Source of the DNA: Malacoraja senta
Lineage: Eukaryota
Reading direction: 5' to 3'
Length of the DNA: 64,000 bases
NCBI GenBank assembly: GCA_038087875.1
Contig: CM075993.1
Span: forward strand, 2,172,001 to 2,236,000
A model generated the notes under the pieces. It saw nothing but the letters and a program-made list of their open reading frames with translations, was not told the origin of the DNA and searched no databases. How positions within the stretch are numbered: position 1 is the first letter of the stretch; each line of letters begins with the position of its first letter. The position numbers and the translations under genes are program-made. Positions 1 to 13,759 of the stretch are shown in pieces.

Positions 1-2920
1 GTTGTGTTGCTGGGTATGTGAACTGTACACACACTCTGATGTTCTGCACAAATGAAGTTCCTAACGGATAAATAAAGTGCATTGAATATCCTTCTATAAA
101 CGATTCCCCAGTTTCTGAGTCTGAAGAAAGATCTCGACCTAAATCGTCACCTATTCCTTCTCTCCAGAGATGCTGCCCGTCCCGCTGAGTTACTCCAGCA
201 TGTTGTGTCCATCCCCAGTTTCTTATCCAGGCTCACTCTTAAATTGTTCATGTAATCAATCCCTGCTCCTCACCACACAGTTACTGCATTAGTTTATCCA
301 CACATTTACCCCCTCTGTACAGATAAGTTTAAAAAAAACTCTCCCACAAAATTCTAGCATCATTATATTCTGTCAAACTATTGCATGTTACTCAACTGTC
401 CAAAAAGAGCTGTATAAATGGAAGACTCTTAGTACACAGAGGTTGCCATTTGGCCCATTGCTTCAAATACTAACCCTTTGAACAGACCTGCACAATCAGT
501 CCCATACATAGAGTCATGGAGTCATATGCAGCATGGAAACAGGCCCTTCGGCCCAACGCTGAACAAGATGCCCCATCTACACGAGTCCCACCAGCCTGCG
601 TTTGGCCCATATCACCATAAACCTTTCCTATCCGTGTTGGAGTTTGGGTTGAGTTTAATGTCTCGTGTTCCGAGGTACAGTGAAAAGCCTTTGTTGCGTG
701 CTAACCTGTCAGTGGAATGACAATACACGGTTACATTTGAGCCATCCACAGTGTACGGATACATGACAAAGGGAATAAGGTGAATAACATTTAGCGCAAG
801 ATAAAGCCAGTAAAGTCCAATCAAGGAAAGCGTGAGGGTCTCCAATGAGGTAGCTCCAATATTCCTGCCCAAATGTCCCTTCTATGTTGTTCTAGTGCCT
901 GCCTCAACTACCTCCTCTGACAGTTCATTCCATGCATCCATTACCATGTGTGTGAAAATATTGTCCCTCAGATTCCTATTAAATCTTGCCACTCTCACCT
1001 TAAACCAAGGTCCACTGGCTCTTGATTCCCCGTCTTCAAGGAAGAGTTAGATTTAGCGGTTTTCAAGAAAGAGTTAGATTTAACTGTTTTCAAGAGTTAG
1101 ATTTAGCTCTTAGGGCTAATGGAATTAAGGGATATGGGGAAAAAGCAGGAACGGGGTACTGATTTTGGATGATCAGCCTTGATCATATTGAATGGCAGTG
1201 CTGGCTCGAAGGGCCGAATGGCCTACATCCTGCATCTATTTTCTATGTTTCTATTCGGGGTAAATAAAAAGACACTGTGCATCTACCCGATCTATTCCCC
1301 TCAAGATCTTATACACCTCTATAAGATCACCCCTCATCCTCCTGCACTCAGAGGAATGATGTCCTAGCCTGCCCAACCCTCTCCTTGCAGTTCAGGCCCT
1401 CAAGTCCTGGCAACATCTAGTTAAACCTTCACTGCACTCTCCTCTTGGCCCCAGCATCCCTTTCCATTGAAGCTTGTAATCAATTCCCTGTTGAAGGCGA
1501 CTTGCAGGCAATGCTTTGTAGATCACGAAAAATGCATTTACCTCCAGTTACGCTGTAAATATTCCCAATTGCCACGCTCGAAAAGCTAATCCTATGATCA
1601 GTCAACCAACTGTTGACGGAGCTGCCGACTGTGTATTCGTGTTCATTCCAACTGAATTAGCTGCTCAGTCCAGAATCGGCACTGAAGTGAAGCGATGGGG
1701 AAGGTTCCACATCCAGAGAGGTTCAGCCACTTAGTTCCAGCATTGGTCAGAGACAGACTCACGGTTTATCCTGCATTCACATCACCACAATGGATGTCTT
1801 TCCTTCTGTAAACCCTGGAGTCTGTCTGCTTGTAAGTCTGAAATGTTCCACTGATCCAAACCCTATAGGTGACCTGAAACGTCACCCATTCCTTCTCTCC
1901 AGAGATGCTGCCGGTCCCGCTGAGTTACTCCAGCACTTTGTGTCTGTCTTGGGTGTAAACCAGCATCTGCAGTTCCTTCCTACACGTGGGAATTTCAGGC
2001 AGGTTTTGTTAGTCAATTTTCTCCAACGAACTTCAGGAAAGAAGTTCAGAAAAGCAACCAAGAATTCTGAAGCTGTAATTTAATAGCTTGTTGAATGATG
2101 AATAATGCCATGGGGACTTGCCTCAACTCATCAAATATTAAATGTACGGCTGGTAAGTAATAAATAATAACAAATGATGTATGGAACGGAATATAAAGCA
2201 TCTAAAATTATTTGTGCATTAAAGATTGCTTCACATCCATTAGAATCTTTAGACTTTAGAGATTTAGTGTGGGAAACAGCCCCTTCGGCCCACCAAGTCC
2301 ATGCCGACCAGCGATCAGCCCCGTATACTATCCGACACACTCGGGACAGTTTACAATTAACAGAAGCCAATTATCTTACAAACCAGCATGTCTTTGGAGT
2401 GTGGGAAGAAAGCAGAGCACCTGGGGAAAAAACCCACGCGGTCACGGGGAGAACGTACAAACTCCGTACAGGCAGCACCCGTAGTCGAGATCGAACCGGG
2501 ATCTCTGGCGCTGTGAGGCAGCAACTCTACCGCTGCGCCACCTGGTTTTGATGGGTGATTAATCTGAGCTTTCTATTCTCACTGGAGATCATTCAAAGAT
2601 CCCTTGCGACTACTTCAAAGAGATATCATCACTCGCCCAACATCAAAGGAGCTGCCCCTAGATGCCACCCGACCAGTTTATTTCCCTGCAGTAAAATCTG
2701 TGAACACCCATCCCTGTTAGAGAATTGAATCAAAGAATACTAGGATCATAGAGGTGTACAGCACGGAAACAGGCCCTTCGGCCCACCGAGTCCATGCTAA
2801 CCATCAACCAGCCTTTTACACTAAGCCTGCATTAATCCCAATTTTTCACCCCCCATTAATCTCCTCATTTGCAGCCATTCCCCACAGATTCTACCACTCG
2901 CCTGCATAATTCTACCACTC

Positions 2921-4238
2921 GGCCCAGGGTGTTGTCCCCACTTGCCTCAAGACATCAACCATCGTGCCAGTGCCCAAACAGTCAGCCACAGGGAGCCTCA
3001 ACGATTTCCGCCCAGTGGCACTCACCCCTGTCATTGCTAAGTGCTTTGAGCGGCTGATCTTGGCTCACCTCAAAGCCAGCCTCCCCCCCACACTGGACCC
3101 CCATCAGTTTGCCTACCGGGCCAACAGGTCTACAGAGGACGCCATATCGGCAGCCCTACACTCTGCCCTGACCCACCTGGACAACAACAACTCCTACATC
3201 AGGTTGCTGTTCATTGATTTCAGCTCCGCTTTTAACACTGTCATCCCCGCCAGCTTGATCACCAAACTCAGCGGGCTTGGCATCTCCACCTCCCTCTGCA
3301 ACTGGACACTGGATTTCCTCACCAACAGACCACAGTCTGTTAGGGTCAACAACCTCACCTCCTCCACTATAACACTGAACAGGGCTGTGTGCTCAGCCCT
3401 CTCCTCTACTCCCTCTTCACCTACGACTGCATCCCTAAGTACGGATCCAACGCCATCATTAAGTTTGCTGACGACACCACGGTGGTAGGACTGATCAGTG
3501 ACAACGATGAGTCAGCCTACAGAGAGGAGGTCCAGCACCTGACAACCTGGTGTGCCAACAATAACCTCGTCCTCAACTCCAAGAAGACGAAGGAAATTAT
3601 TGTCGACTTCAGGAAGGTCAGAGGGGGCAGACATACCCCCATCCATATAAACGGGACTGAGGTGGAGCGCGTCTCCAGCTACAAATTCCTCGGGGTACAC
3701 ATCTCGGAGGATTTGTCCTGGTCCCTCAACACCTCCAAGCTGATCAAAAAGGCACAGCAGCGCCTTTACTTCCTGAGGAGGCTCATGAAAGCCCACCTGT
3801 CCCCCCAGATCCTGACCAACCTCTACCGGTGTACCATCGAGAGCATTCTGACCACCTGCTTCACGGTATGGTACAGCAGCTGCACTGTTGCGGACAGGAA
3901 GGCACTACAACGGGTGGTGAAAACTGCGCAGCACATCATCGGTGCCCCGCTCCCTGCCATGGATGCCCTCCACCGAAAACGGTGTCTGAAACGGGCTGGG
4001 AAGATCATTAAAGACCCCTTCCACCCCAACCATGGACTGTTTGCCCTCCTCCCATCAGGGAGGCGGTACAGGAGCCTCAGGTCTCGCACCAGTAGGATGA
4101 GGAACAGCTTCTACAATTATACCGTCGCATTGCTGAACTCGGAGTCCCGCCGATAGATTCCTCCGGTCCCTTCGTTGTACCCATACTCAGTATTTGTGCA
4201 ATGACATTAAAGTTGAATTGAATTGAATTGAATTGAAT
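2921..4238 (+). mobile_element. 5'-truncated Rex1/Babar-type LINE with RT remnant and (TTGAA)n tail
   Basis: ORFs 2964-3488 and 3389-4156 give [46 protein letters not shown] small deletion removes the PQG motif near 3380 and shifts frame. Tail repeats at 4212-4238. Confidence 0.92.
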
Positions 4239-4337
4239 CTAAACGATCATTTACAGAGGCCAATTAGCGCACAAACCTGAACGACTTAGGGATGTGGGAG
4301 GAAAACAGAGGGAACCCCACGGGGTCACAGTGAGAAT

Positions 4338-6745
4338 GTACACACTCATACACACAACGTACACACTCATACACACAACGTACACACTCATACACACAAC
4401 GTACACACTCATACACACAACGTACACACTCATACACACAACGTACACACTCATACACACAACGTACACACTCACACACACAACATACACACTCACACAC
4501 ACAACATACACACTCACACACACAACATACACACTCACACACACAACATACACACTCACACACACAACATACACACTCATACACACAACATACACACTCA
4601 TACACACAACATACACACTCATACACACAACATACACACTCATACACACAACATACACACTCATACACACAACATACACACTCATACACACAACATACAC
4701 ACTCATACACACAACATACACACAACATACACACTCATACACACAACATACACACTCATACACACAACATACACACTCATACACACAACATACACACTCA
4801 TACACACAACATACACACTCATACACACAACATACACACTCATACACACAACATACACACTCATACACACAACATACACACTCATACACACAACATACAC
4901 ACTCATACACACAACATACACACTCATACACACAACATACACACTCATACACACAACATACACACTCATACACACAACATACACACTCATACACACAACA
5001 TACACACTCATACACACAACATACACACTCATACACACAACATACACACTCATACACACAACATACACACTCATACACACAACATACACACTCATACACA
5101 CAACATACACACTCATACACACAACATACACACTCATACACACAACATACACACTCATACACACAACATACACACTCATACACACAACATACACACTCAT
5201 ACACACAACATACACACTCATACACACAACATACACACTCATACACACAACATACACACTCATACACACAACATACACACTCATACACACAACATACACA
5301 CTCATACACACAACATACACACTCATACACACAACATACACACTCATACACACAACATACACACTCATACACACAACATACACACTCATACACACAACAT
5401 ACACACTCATACACACAACATACACACTCATACACACAACATACACACTCATACACACAACATACACACTCATACACACAACATACACACTCATACACAC
5501 AACATACACACTCATACACACAACATACACACTCATACACACTCATACACACAACATACACACTCATACACACAACATACACACTCATACACACAACATA
5601 CACACTCATACACACAACATACACACTCATACACACAACATACACACTCATACACACAACATACACACTCATACACACAACATACACACTCATACACACA
5701 ACATACACACTCATACACACAACATACACACTCATACACACAACATACACACTCATACACACAACATACACACTCATACACACAACATACACACTCATAC
5801 ACACAACATACACACTCATACACACAACATACACACTCATACACACAACATACACACTCATACACACATCATACACACAACATACACACTCATACACACA
5901 ACATGCACACTCATACACACAACATACACACTCATACACACAACATACACACTCATACACACAACATACACACTCATACACACAACATACACACTCATAC
6001 ACACAACATACACACTCATACACACAACATACACACTCATACACACAACATACACACTCATACACACAACATACACACTCATACACACAACATACACACT
6101 CATACACACAACATACACACTCATACACACAACATACACACTCATACACACTCATACACACTCATACACACTCATACACACAACATACACTCATACACAC
6201 AACATACACACTCATACACACAACATACACACTCATACACACAACATACATACTCATACACACAACATACACACTCATACACACAACATACACACTCATA
6301 CACACAACATACACACTCATACACACAACATACACACTCATACACACAACATACATACTCATACACACAACATACACATACACATACACACAACATGCAC
6401 ATACACACAACATACACCCATAGACACAACATACACACATAGACACAACATACACACAACATACACATACACACAACATACACAACATACACATACACAC
6501 ACACACACACATACACACACATAGACACAACATACACATACACACAACATACACATACACACAACATACACAACATACACACATAGACACAACATACACA
6601 CAACATACACATACACACAACATACACACATAGACACATACACACAACATACACACATACACACAACATACATACACACACATACACACAACATACACAC
6701 ATACACACATCATACACACTCGTACACACAACATACACACATGCA
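4338..6745. repeat. 21-bp minisatellite (ACATACACACTCATACACACA)n, roughly 95 units, grading into degenerate CA-rich repeats
   Basis: Directly visible tandem array. It accounts for the long low-complexity ORFs at 4251-6825. Confidence 0.97.
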
Positions 6746-7633
6746 CATAAGATCATGTTCATAAGTGATAGGAACAGAATTAAACCATTCGGCCCATCAA
6801 TTCTACTCCACCATTCAATCATCACTTGATCTATCTCTCCCTCCTAACCCCGTTCTCCTGCCTTCTCCCGATCACCTCTGACACCTGTACTAATCGAGAA
6901 TCTATCTATCTTTGCCTTACAAATATCCACTGACTTGGCCTCCATGGCTTTCTGTGGCAAAGAATTCATAGCAACATAGAAAGTAGGCGCAGGTGTAGGC
7001 CATTCAGCCCTTCAAGCCAGCATCGCCATTCAAAATGATCATGGTTGATCATCCAGAATTAGTACCCCATTCCTGCTTTCTCCCCATATCCCTTAATTCC
7101 GTTCCTTGTTTTTTCCCTCTTCATCGTCCCTAGACAATCCCTGCTACATTTACACACCATTTCTCCTTTATTACGTGCAGAGGAGAGGAACCCTCACCGT
7201 TGACATTCCGGGCTGGGATGAATCATCACTGCTGGCTGGTCTAGACTCCTGGCATTGTAAACCCTGGTACATCTTGTGTGAGTCATCTGAACAAGGAACT
7301 GGCAGAATCAGGAGAGACAATCATTAGGAACCATTGCTAACATCAAAGCAGATGATACAGCCTTTGGAGAGAGCCTTGGATTTTGCGAGAAAGGAAAAAA
7401 TGATAAAAAGGAGATGTGTACGCCTTAATTATTCCTCAATAGAAGCAATTCACATTGGGCCTGGAGTCATATAATGCCTACAGTTTTGGTTTCCCTTTTA
7501 TAGGACAGACATCATTAAGCAGGAAAAAGCACAAAGAAGATTTACGGATTAAATTGTTGACATCACCCTTTGTTTCTCCTCATTCTTAGTTTCTTCATAT
7601 TTTTTGGTTTAGGTTAGAAATACAGCACGGAAA

Positions 7634-8370
7634 TTTTCCCACATATCTCTCCTATATGTGATAAATGCCTGCACCTAGAGGCCAATTTAACACATACCTT
7701 TGCAAATTGTATAAAAATTAAAAATTACTGGACTGATATTTTTCAAATAATCTCTGAAGTTATTAATACCAAATTGGCTCCAGACTCAAAATTAATAATA
7801 CTTGGGATATCAGAACAAAGTTTAACACTCACAACAAGCCAAATAAACTTCCTTGACTACAGTATAATAACAGGGAAAAAATTAATATTAAAATTCTGGA
7901 AAGGCCCTACAACCCCCACAATTAAAATGTGGATTGTGGAAATGTCGGAGACCCTACATCTAGAAAGAATTAGACTTGTCTTAATGGACAAGCAAGAACT
8001 TTTTGTTAAAATATGGGCTCCATTCATTGCCTATTTGAAGGGATAGAGTGGCCCAGCGCCAAAGCCCGACTGAAGCTTGAACTCAGGATTAGATGTAATT
8101 ATATTTCATAACCTACGAACTTATCTCCTATGACGTATTATAAGTTATTCATTCCACCTTTTTTTCTTTTTTGATATTGTAATTCTTCTTTCTCTCTCTT
8201 TTTCTTTTTCTATCTATATTAAAAAAAAACACTAGAAGCAGAATTAACTGACAATTGACAAATGTAATAATGTTTGAGTGATTGATGTATATGAAAAGTT
8301 TTTTCTTCTCCTATTATAATATGTTACTCTACATTATAATATGTTTGCTTCTAATAAAAATTTATATCAC
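7634..8370 (+). mobile_element. 5'-truncated L1-type LINE (ORF2 C-terminus plus 3' UTR)
   Basis: CCHC-like knuckle CDKC...THTFANC and ...KIWAPFIAYLKG* ending at 8046, AATAAA near 8353, and an 18-bp TSD agaaatacagcacggaaa at 7616-7633 and 8371-8388. Confidence 0.85.
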
Positions 8371-10749
8371 AGAAATACAGCACGGAAACGCACTTCGGCC
8401 CACTACGTCCGCACCGACCAGCGATCCCCGCACACTAACACTATCCTACACACACGAGGGACAATTTACTTTTCATACCAAGCCTACATACCTGTGCATC
8501 TTTGGAGTGTGGGAGGAAACCGAAGATCTCGGCGAAAACCCACGCAGGTCACGGGGAGAACGTGCAAACTCCGTACAGACAGCACCCGTAGTCGGGATCA
8601 AACCTGGGTCTCTGAAGCTGCAAGTGCTGTAAGGCTGCGCCACTGTGGCCGCCCTTATAAAAAACTAAACGAAACTCAGGCAGCATGGTGGCGTAGCGGT
8701 AGAGTTGCTGCCCGAGTTTAATTCACTTCATCATTGTCACATATACTGACTATCTCGGCTTCAGCACCATTGATGCAGACCTTGTTAGCTCTGCCACGCT
8801 TTTCTACAGAGAAACCTATTCTACAAACAAGCATCTATTCCACAGTGCTGAACTGTGTAAGAAAGAACTGCAGATGCTGGAAAAATAGACAAAAATGCTG
8901 GAGGAACTCAGCGGGTGAGGCAGCATCTATGGAGCGACGTTTCGGGTCGAGACGTGAGGGCGATGGTGAAGAAGGGTCTCGACCCGAAACGTCGCCTGTT
9001 CCTTCTCTCAATAGACAATAGGTGCAGGAGTAGGCCATTCAGCCCTTCGAGCCAGCACCGCCATTCAATGTGATCATGGCTGATCATCCCCAATCAGTAC
9101 CCCGTTCCTGCCTTCTCCCCATATCCCCTGACTCCGCTATTTTTAAGAGCCCCATCTGGCTCTCTCTTGAAAGTATCAAAGATGCTCCATAGACGCTGCC
9201 TCACCAGCTGAGTTCCTCCAGCATTTTTGTCTACCTACAGTGCTGAGCTATCTACCTCTTTGATGACCCTCGGACTATCCTTGAAGGGACTTTGCTGGCT
9301 TTACCTTGCACTAAACATTATTCCCTTATTATGTATCTATGAACACTGTGAACAGGGCGACTGTAATCATGTATTATCACTCCACTGAGACACACAACTA
9401 AAGCTTTTCCCTGTACCTCGCTACACGTGACAATAAACTAAACTGAACAGGGAGAGGCAAGAACAGCAATTAAAGGGTTAAAGAAGCAAATCTGAGGTTT
9501 GCGATCAGTTGTATTTCTGGCAAGGCCTTCCCTTCAGCTTGGAAGAAAACAGGATATTTCTTTGTATTGCAGTAACAGAAATAGCAATCACTTTAATCCT
9601 TTATCTGTGATGCCAACCCCTCTGAACTAACCACGCTCTGAAATAATTCATTAGACTGCTTTGTTAGTTCTATTGAAGGGACTACCAGATGGTATGTATT
9701 TGAACAGGAGCCAAGAGTGGGAGTTAGCAAGAACCTGTTTAATAATTGTCTGTGCGCTAACTACTATAATTTCCATACAAATTCATCCATATTGAGAAGT
9801 ATAATTTGCTGTTTGTTCACAAATATCCTCTCACTAAAAAAAAAACCACCCTCCAGTTTAATAACATTGAGAGTGTTTAGTTCTGGCTATTAAGCTGGCA
9901 CAAAGGAATTCCCAATTCAATTTTTGTATTATTAAATTTGTTTTTCTGTTCTACAAGAAATGATAGCACTATTTTTTTCAGCAAATTCAACTGCACCATT
10001 TGGCCATTAAGGATAATTAAATTCCTTAGAGAACCCAAGAAAGAAATTGAAATTGAAAACTATTCCTCTTTTGAGATTATCAGCCTTTTAAACGCCTGTT
10101 ATGGAATCAGCGAAACATTGTTCTCTGATCTCAAAACACTTTGCATGCCATTTTTTATCTCTGTTAGACGCACATATTCCAATCCCAATTCAGAATTTTA
10201 CAAAAGGACTGGCTTTGTGAAATGTGTCTTCATTTTCTTCTTTTTTTAAATCTGCTTTTAAAATTAAAAGCAAAATGGCATAATCTTATCCGTGGCAAAG
10301 CAATGGACAATAGAATTGCTGGTACTATAATCCTAAACTCTCCAAGATTAGAAGGCAGTGGAGGCCAAGTCAATGGATATTTTTAAGGCAGAGATAGCTA
10401 AATTCTTGATCAGTATGGGTGTCAGAGGTTACGGGGAGAAGGCAGGGGGATGGGAGGGAAAGATACATCAGCCTTGATTGAATGCAGGAGTAGACTTGAT
10501 GGGCTGAATGGCTTACAATCACATGGCTTCCAATGAAGTGTTATATTTTACTTCGGAGTCACGTGAGTGACTACGTGAAGAACCCCGCCAGTGCGCCTGC
10601 GCGTCATTACGTCAGACGCCTTGTCGCAAACGGACGCTCTGCTCCTCTAATGGATTTGTAGTTTTTTAACTACAAGGTAAGTAAAAACTTTTTTCAGTAT
10701 TTTCAGGTCCGTTTACTGTGGGTCTGTGGGGATTTTTTCCACAGACGCC

Positions 10750-11880
10750 ATGGAAAAAACGGGCAGGGGGAAGAGGCGAGCGACTCAGCCAACAGAAAGT
10801 CGGGAAAGTCGGGAGTCTGCGGTTAGCGACCAACCGCCTCTAACCCCGGTACAGTCGCCAGCGGTGAGCATAGCGACTGTGGACCTGGGGCAGTCAGCGC
10901 CTGTCGGGCGCAAGGCCAAGTTCAAATCTACACGGCGCACGGAGGAGTCCCAGGAAATGGAAATGGAAGAAGCTCCAGGGCTAGATACTGCTTTTAAGCG
11001 TATTGCCCAAATGGAAAGCCTGCAACATAGGTTGTTGGAGCGAAGCATACTCAGGTAAGAGTGCACTGAAATCTAAGCTGCTGAAAGCAGCTCAACAGCT
11101 CCTGGTACAGGGCTGATAGAATGCACCCTCAGGGATGAGGAGCGTGCCACAGGTCATGAGATTTCAGACCCCGACTCTGACGGTGAGGCTGTACAAGGCG
11201 AAGAACGGCAGCTGCCAGATTTTCCATCCCTGGCAGTACGATTCACTGCCCCGTCAGGGTCAGGAGAGCCATTAGGCGAAGAATTGGCCTCCCTAATAAA
11301 TTACTTGGTTTCCCATCAGCTGGAACAGCAGGAGATGGATGAGAATGCAAGAAAATATGAGTTGAGTATGAGAACTCAAGAATTGAAATTGCAGAGAATA
11401 TTAAAGCTGCTGGGTTCTGGAATAACTGCTTTTGCCAGAATAGCGGATAAAAGCCAAGAGATGACGGAGTTGCATCATGAAGCACTGGGGTTGCTATGCA
11501 GCACCCACTTCGAGATCAATTGTCTCAGGAAAGGTGCTATACGGCCTACTATGAATCCGAAATTCGCAGCACTCTGCAAACCAAGTAATGTACAATTACC
11601 CAACTTACTCTTTGGAGAGGATCTCGGGAGTTGGAAGATGAAGCGAAAACAGGATTGATGAAAACATCAATGGTTGTAAAGTCTGTAAAGAGGAAGTATC
11701 CTTTCAGATGTCATACGGATCCTGGACCAGGACCAAGTCGCTCATTAACGCAGGGACGTAGCTGGCGGCCTGCAGCGGGAGCAAGAACCAGTGGGGGTGC
11801 TTCCGGGAGAATCCAGGGATCTCAGAGTACTCAAATGACTCAAGAGGTAGGTGGACCTGGTTCTCATGGGAACATACTAT
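10750..11880 (+). pseudogene. DIRS gag-like ORF1 (disrupted)
   Basis: Kozak-context ATG (gccATGG) at 10750. Fragments 10750-11058, 11284-11658 (FEINCLRKGAIRP...LLFGEDL) and 11631 onward are broken by stops and frameshifts. The end is approximate. Confidence 0.7.
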
Positions 11881-11889
11881 CAGGATTAA

Positions 11890-13735
11890 GTCCAAAAGTT
11901 GGAGGCAGATTACGTCTCTTCTATAACAACTGGAAGAAGATTACTTCAGATCCGGTCATTCTGAATAGTATACAAGGATTTTGAATTGAATTCAATCCAA
12001 ATTATGATTTGCCTGTCCAGCATGTTCCTAGCAGAACTCTCCACTTTGCACAAAAAGAAGTGATGGAGGTTCAAGCTGCGCTTCAAACCCTATATATAAA
12101 AGGTGTTATTGAAGAATCAGTCTACCAAATTCACCAATTTGTGTCAAATATATTCCCTCGATCAAAAAAGGGATGTAGGATTATTATAGACTTGACAAGT
12201 CTGAATCCTTTTGTTCAAGTTAGACATTTTAAAATGGAGACATTTGTGACTGCCAAACAACTTATCTCAGAAGCATGTTTTATGGCAGCTATAGATTTAA
12301 AAGATGTATATTATTCAGTGTCTGTTCACTTGGAAGATATGAAGTATCTTAAATTTACATGGATGAACCAGTTAGGGCAGTTCAAAGCTCTGCCTAATGG
12401 GTTAACGTCCGCTCCCAGAATATTCACAAAATTGTTAAAATCAATTCTGGGGTTGCTGAGAAGCCAGGGGCATGTACTAATGGCATACTTGGATGATGTC
12501 CTGATTATAGGAAGGACAAAACAGTCAACAGAAGCATCTGTTGCAGTTGTGAAATCAACTTTTGATAGTTTGGGGTTTCTAAATTCATCCAAAGAAATCA
12601 AGGTTAACACCATGTACCTCGATTGATTATTTGGGGTTCACAATTGATTCAGTTCAAATGAAAATTACTTTGCCCAGTGAAAAAAGGGTGGAGTTGATTA
12701 AAGATTGCAGTAATCTGTTAAACGAGCAAAAACCCTTAATCAGACAGGTGGCTCGAGTACTGGGAAAATGAGTAGATTCCCAGCAGTCCAGTACGGACCA
12801 TTACATTATCAACAGCTGCAGAGAGTTAAACAACAGGCACTGAGAATGAATGCTGGTCATTTTGATAGAACCATGCAACTAACAACAAATGCTGTTTCTG
12901 ATCTGCAGTGGTGGATTCTACGTCTCAAGCAGTTCTGGCAAAGTGCTGATTGAACAACCTTCCATGATATTACAAACTGATGCCAGTGCACTAGGATGGG
13001 GTGCAACTGACTTAACATCTAGCTGCGGAGGCAGATGGAATCAGGAAGAGTCATTGTTACTGCAGACATGGGGAATTAACTATTTGGAGCTTTTAGGATG
13101 TTTCTATGGACTCCAAGCTTATTGTTCTAACATAACTAAAAGGCATGTTCAAGTTCAAATTGATAAACACAACAGCAGTTGCCTATATTAATGATATGGG
13201 TGGAATTAAGTAGGTGTCATGTGACAAAATGGCTAATCAACTTTGGTCTTGGTGTATTGAAAAGAACATTTGGATTTCAGCTATCTATCTACCAGGTAGA
13301 ATGAACACGATAGCAGACACCAGGTCACGAAAGTTCCATGATAATAAAGAATGGATGTTGAATCGAGAGGTATTCAATGATATAGTAATCAGATTTGGAA
13401 TGCCCGACATCGACTTGAATCATCAGCTATCGAGATATGTCTCATGGAAACCAGATCCAGGAGCAGTGGCGATTGATGCTTTCTCGCTACATTGGGGTCA
13501 TACGTTTTCATATATATTTCCACCTTTCTGCCTCATAATCCAATGTTTGCTTAAAATCAGGCAAGATGCTGCTTCAGGGGTATTGGTAGTACCAGATTGG
13601 CCTACACAGCCATGGTATCCGTTGATATTAGAATTAACAACACAAATGTTGATGAAAGTCCCAAAAAAGGGTAACTTATTGCTGCACCCTGTAACAGGGG
13701 AACAACATCCATTATATGATCTTTGGATTTGTTGA
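11890..13735 (+). pseudogene. DIRS pol: reverse transcriptase, RNase H and adenine-methyltransferase-like domain (disrupted)
   Basis: VGGRLRLFYNNWKKITSDPVILNSIQGF; RT motifs IDLKDVY, LPNGLTSAPRIFTK, YLDD; RNase H motifs LQTDASALGWG, INYLEL; MT-like segment WMLNREVF...DAFSLHW...YIFPPF...VVPDWPTQPWY. Multiple frameshifts. Confidence 0.93.
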
Positions 13736-13759
13736 TTTGCAGGTTTTAAGAAGGCCTTT

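Noticed and set aside
4338..6745. CRISPR-like array
   Set aside because: The repeats are contiguous with no unique spacers, there are no cas genes, and the context is vertebrate.
4251..6825. Long ORFs (636 aa, 709 aa and others) rich in Cys/Val/Tyr or His/Thr
   Set aside because: They are translations of the stop-free 21-bp minisatellite, not genes.
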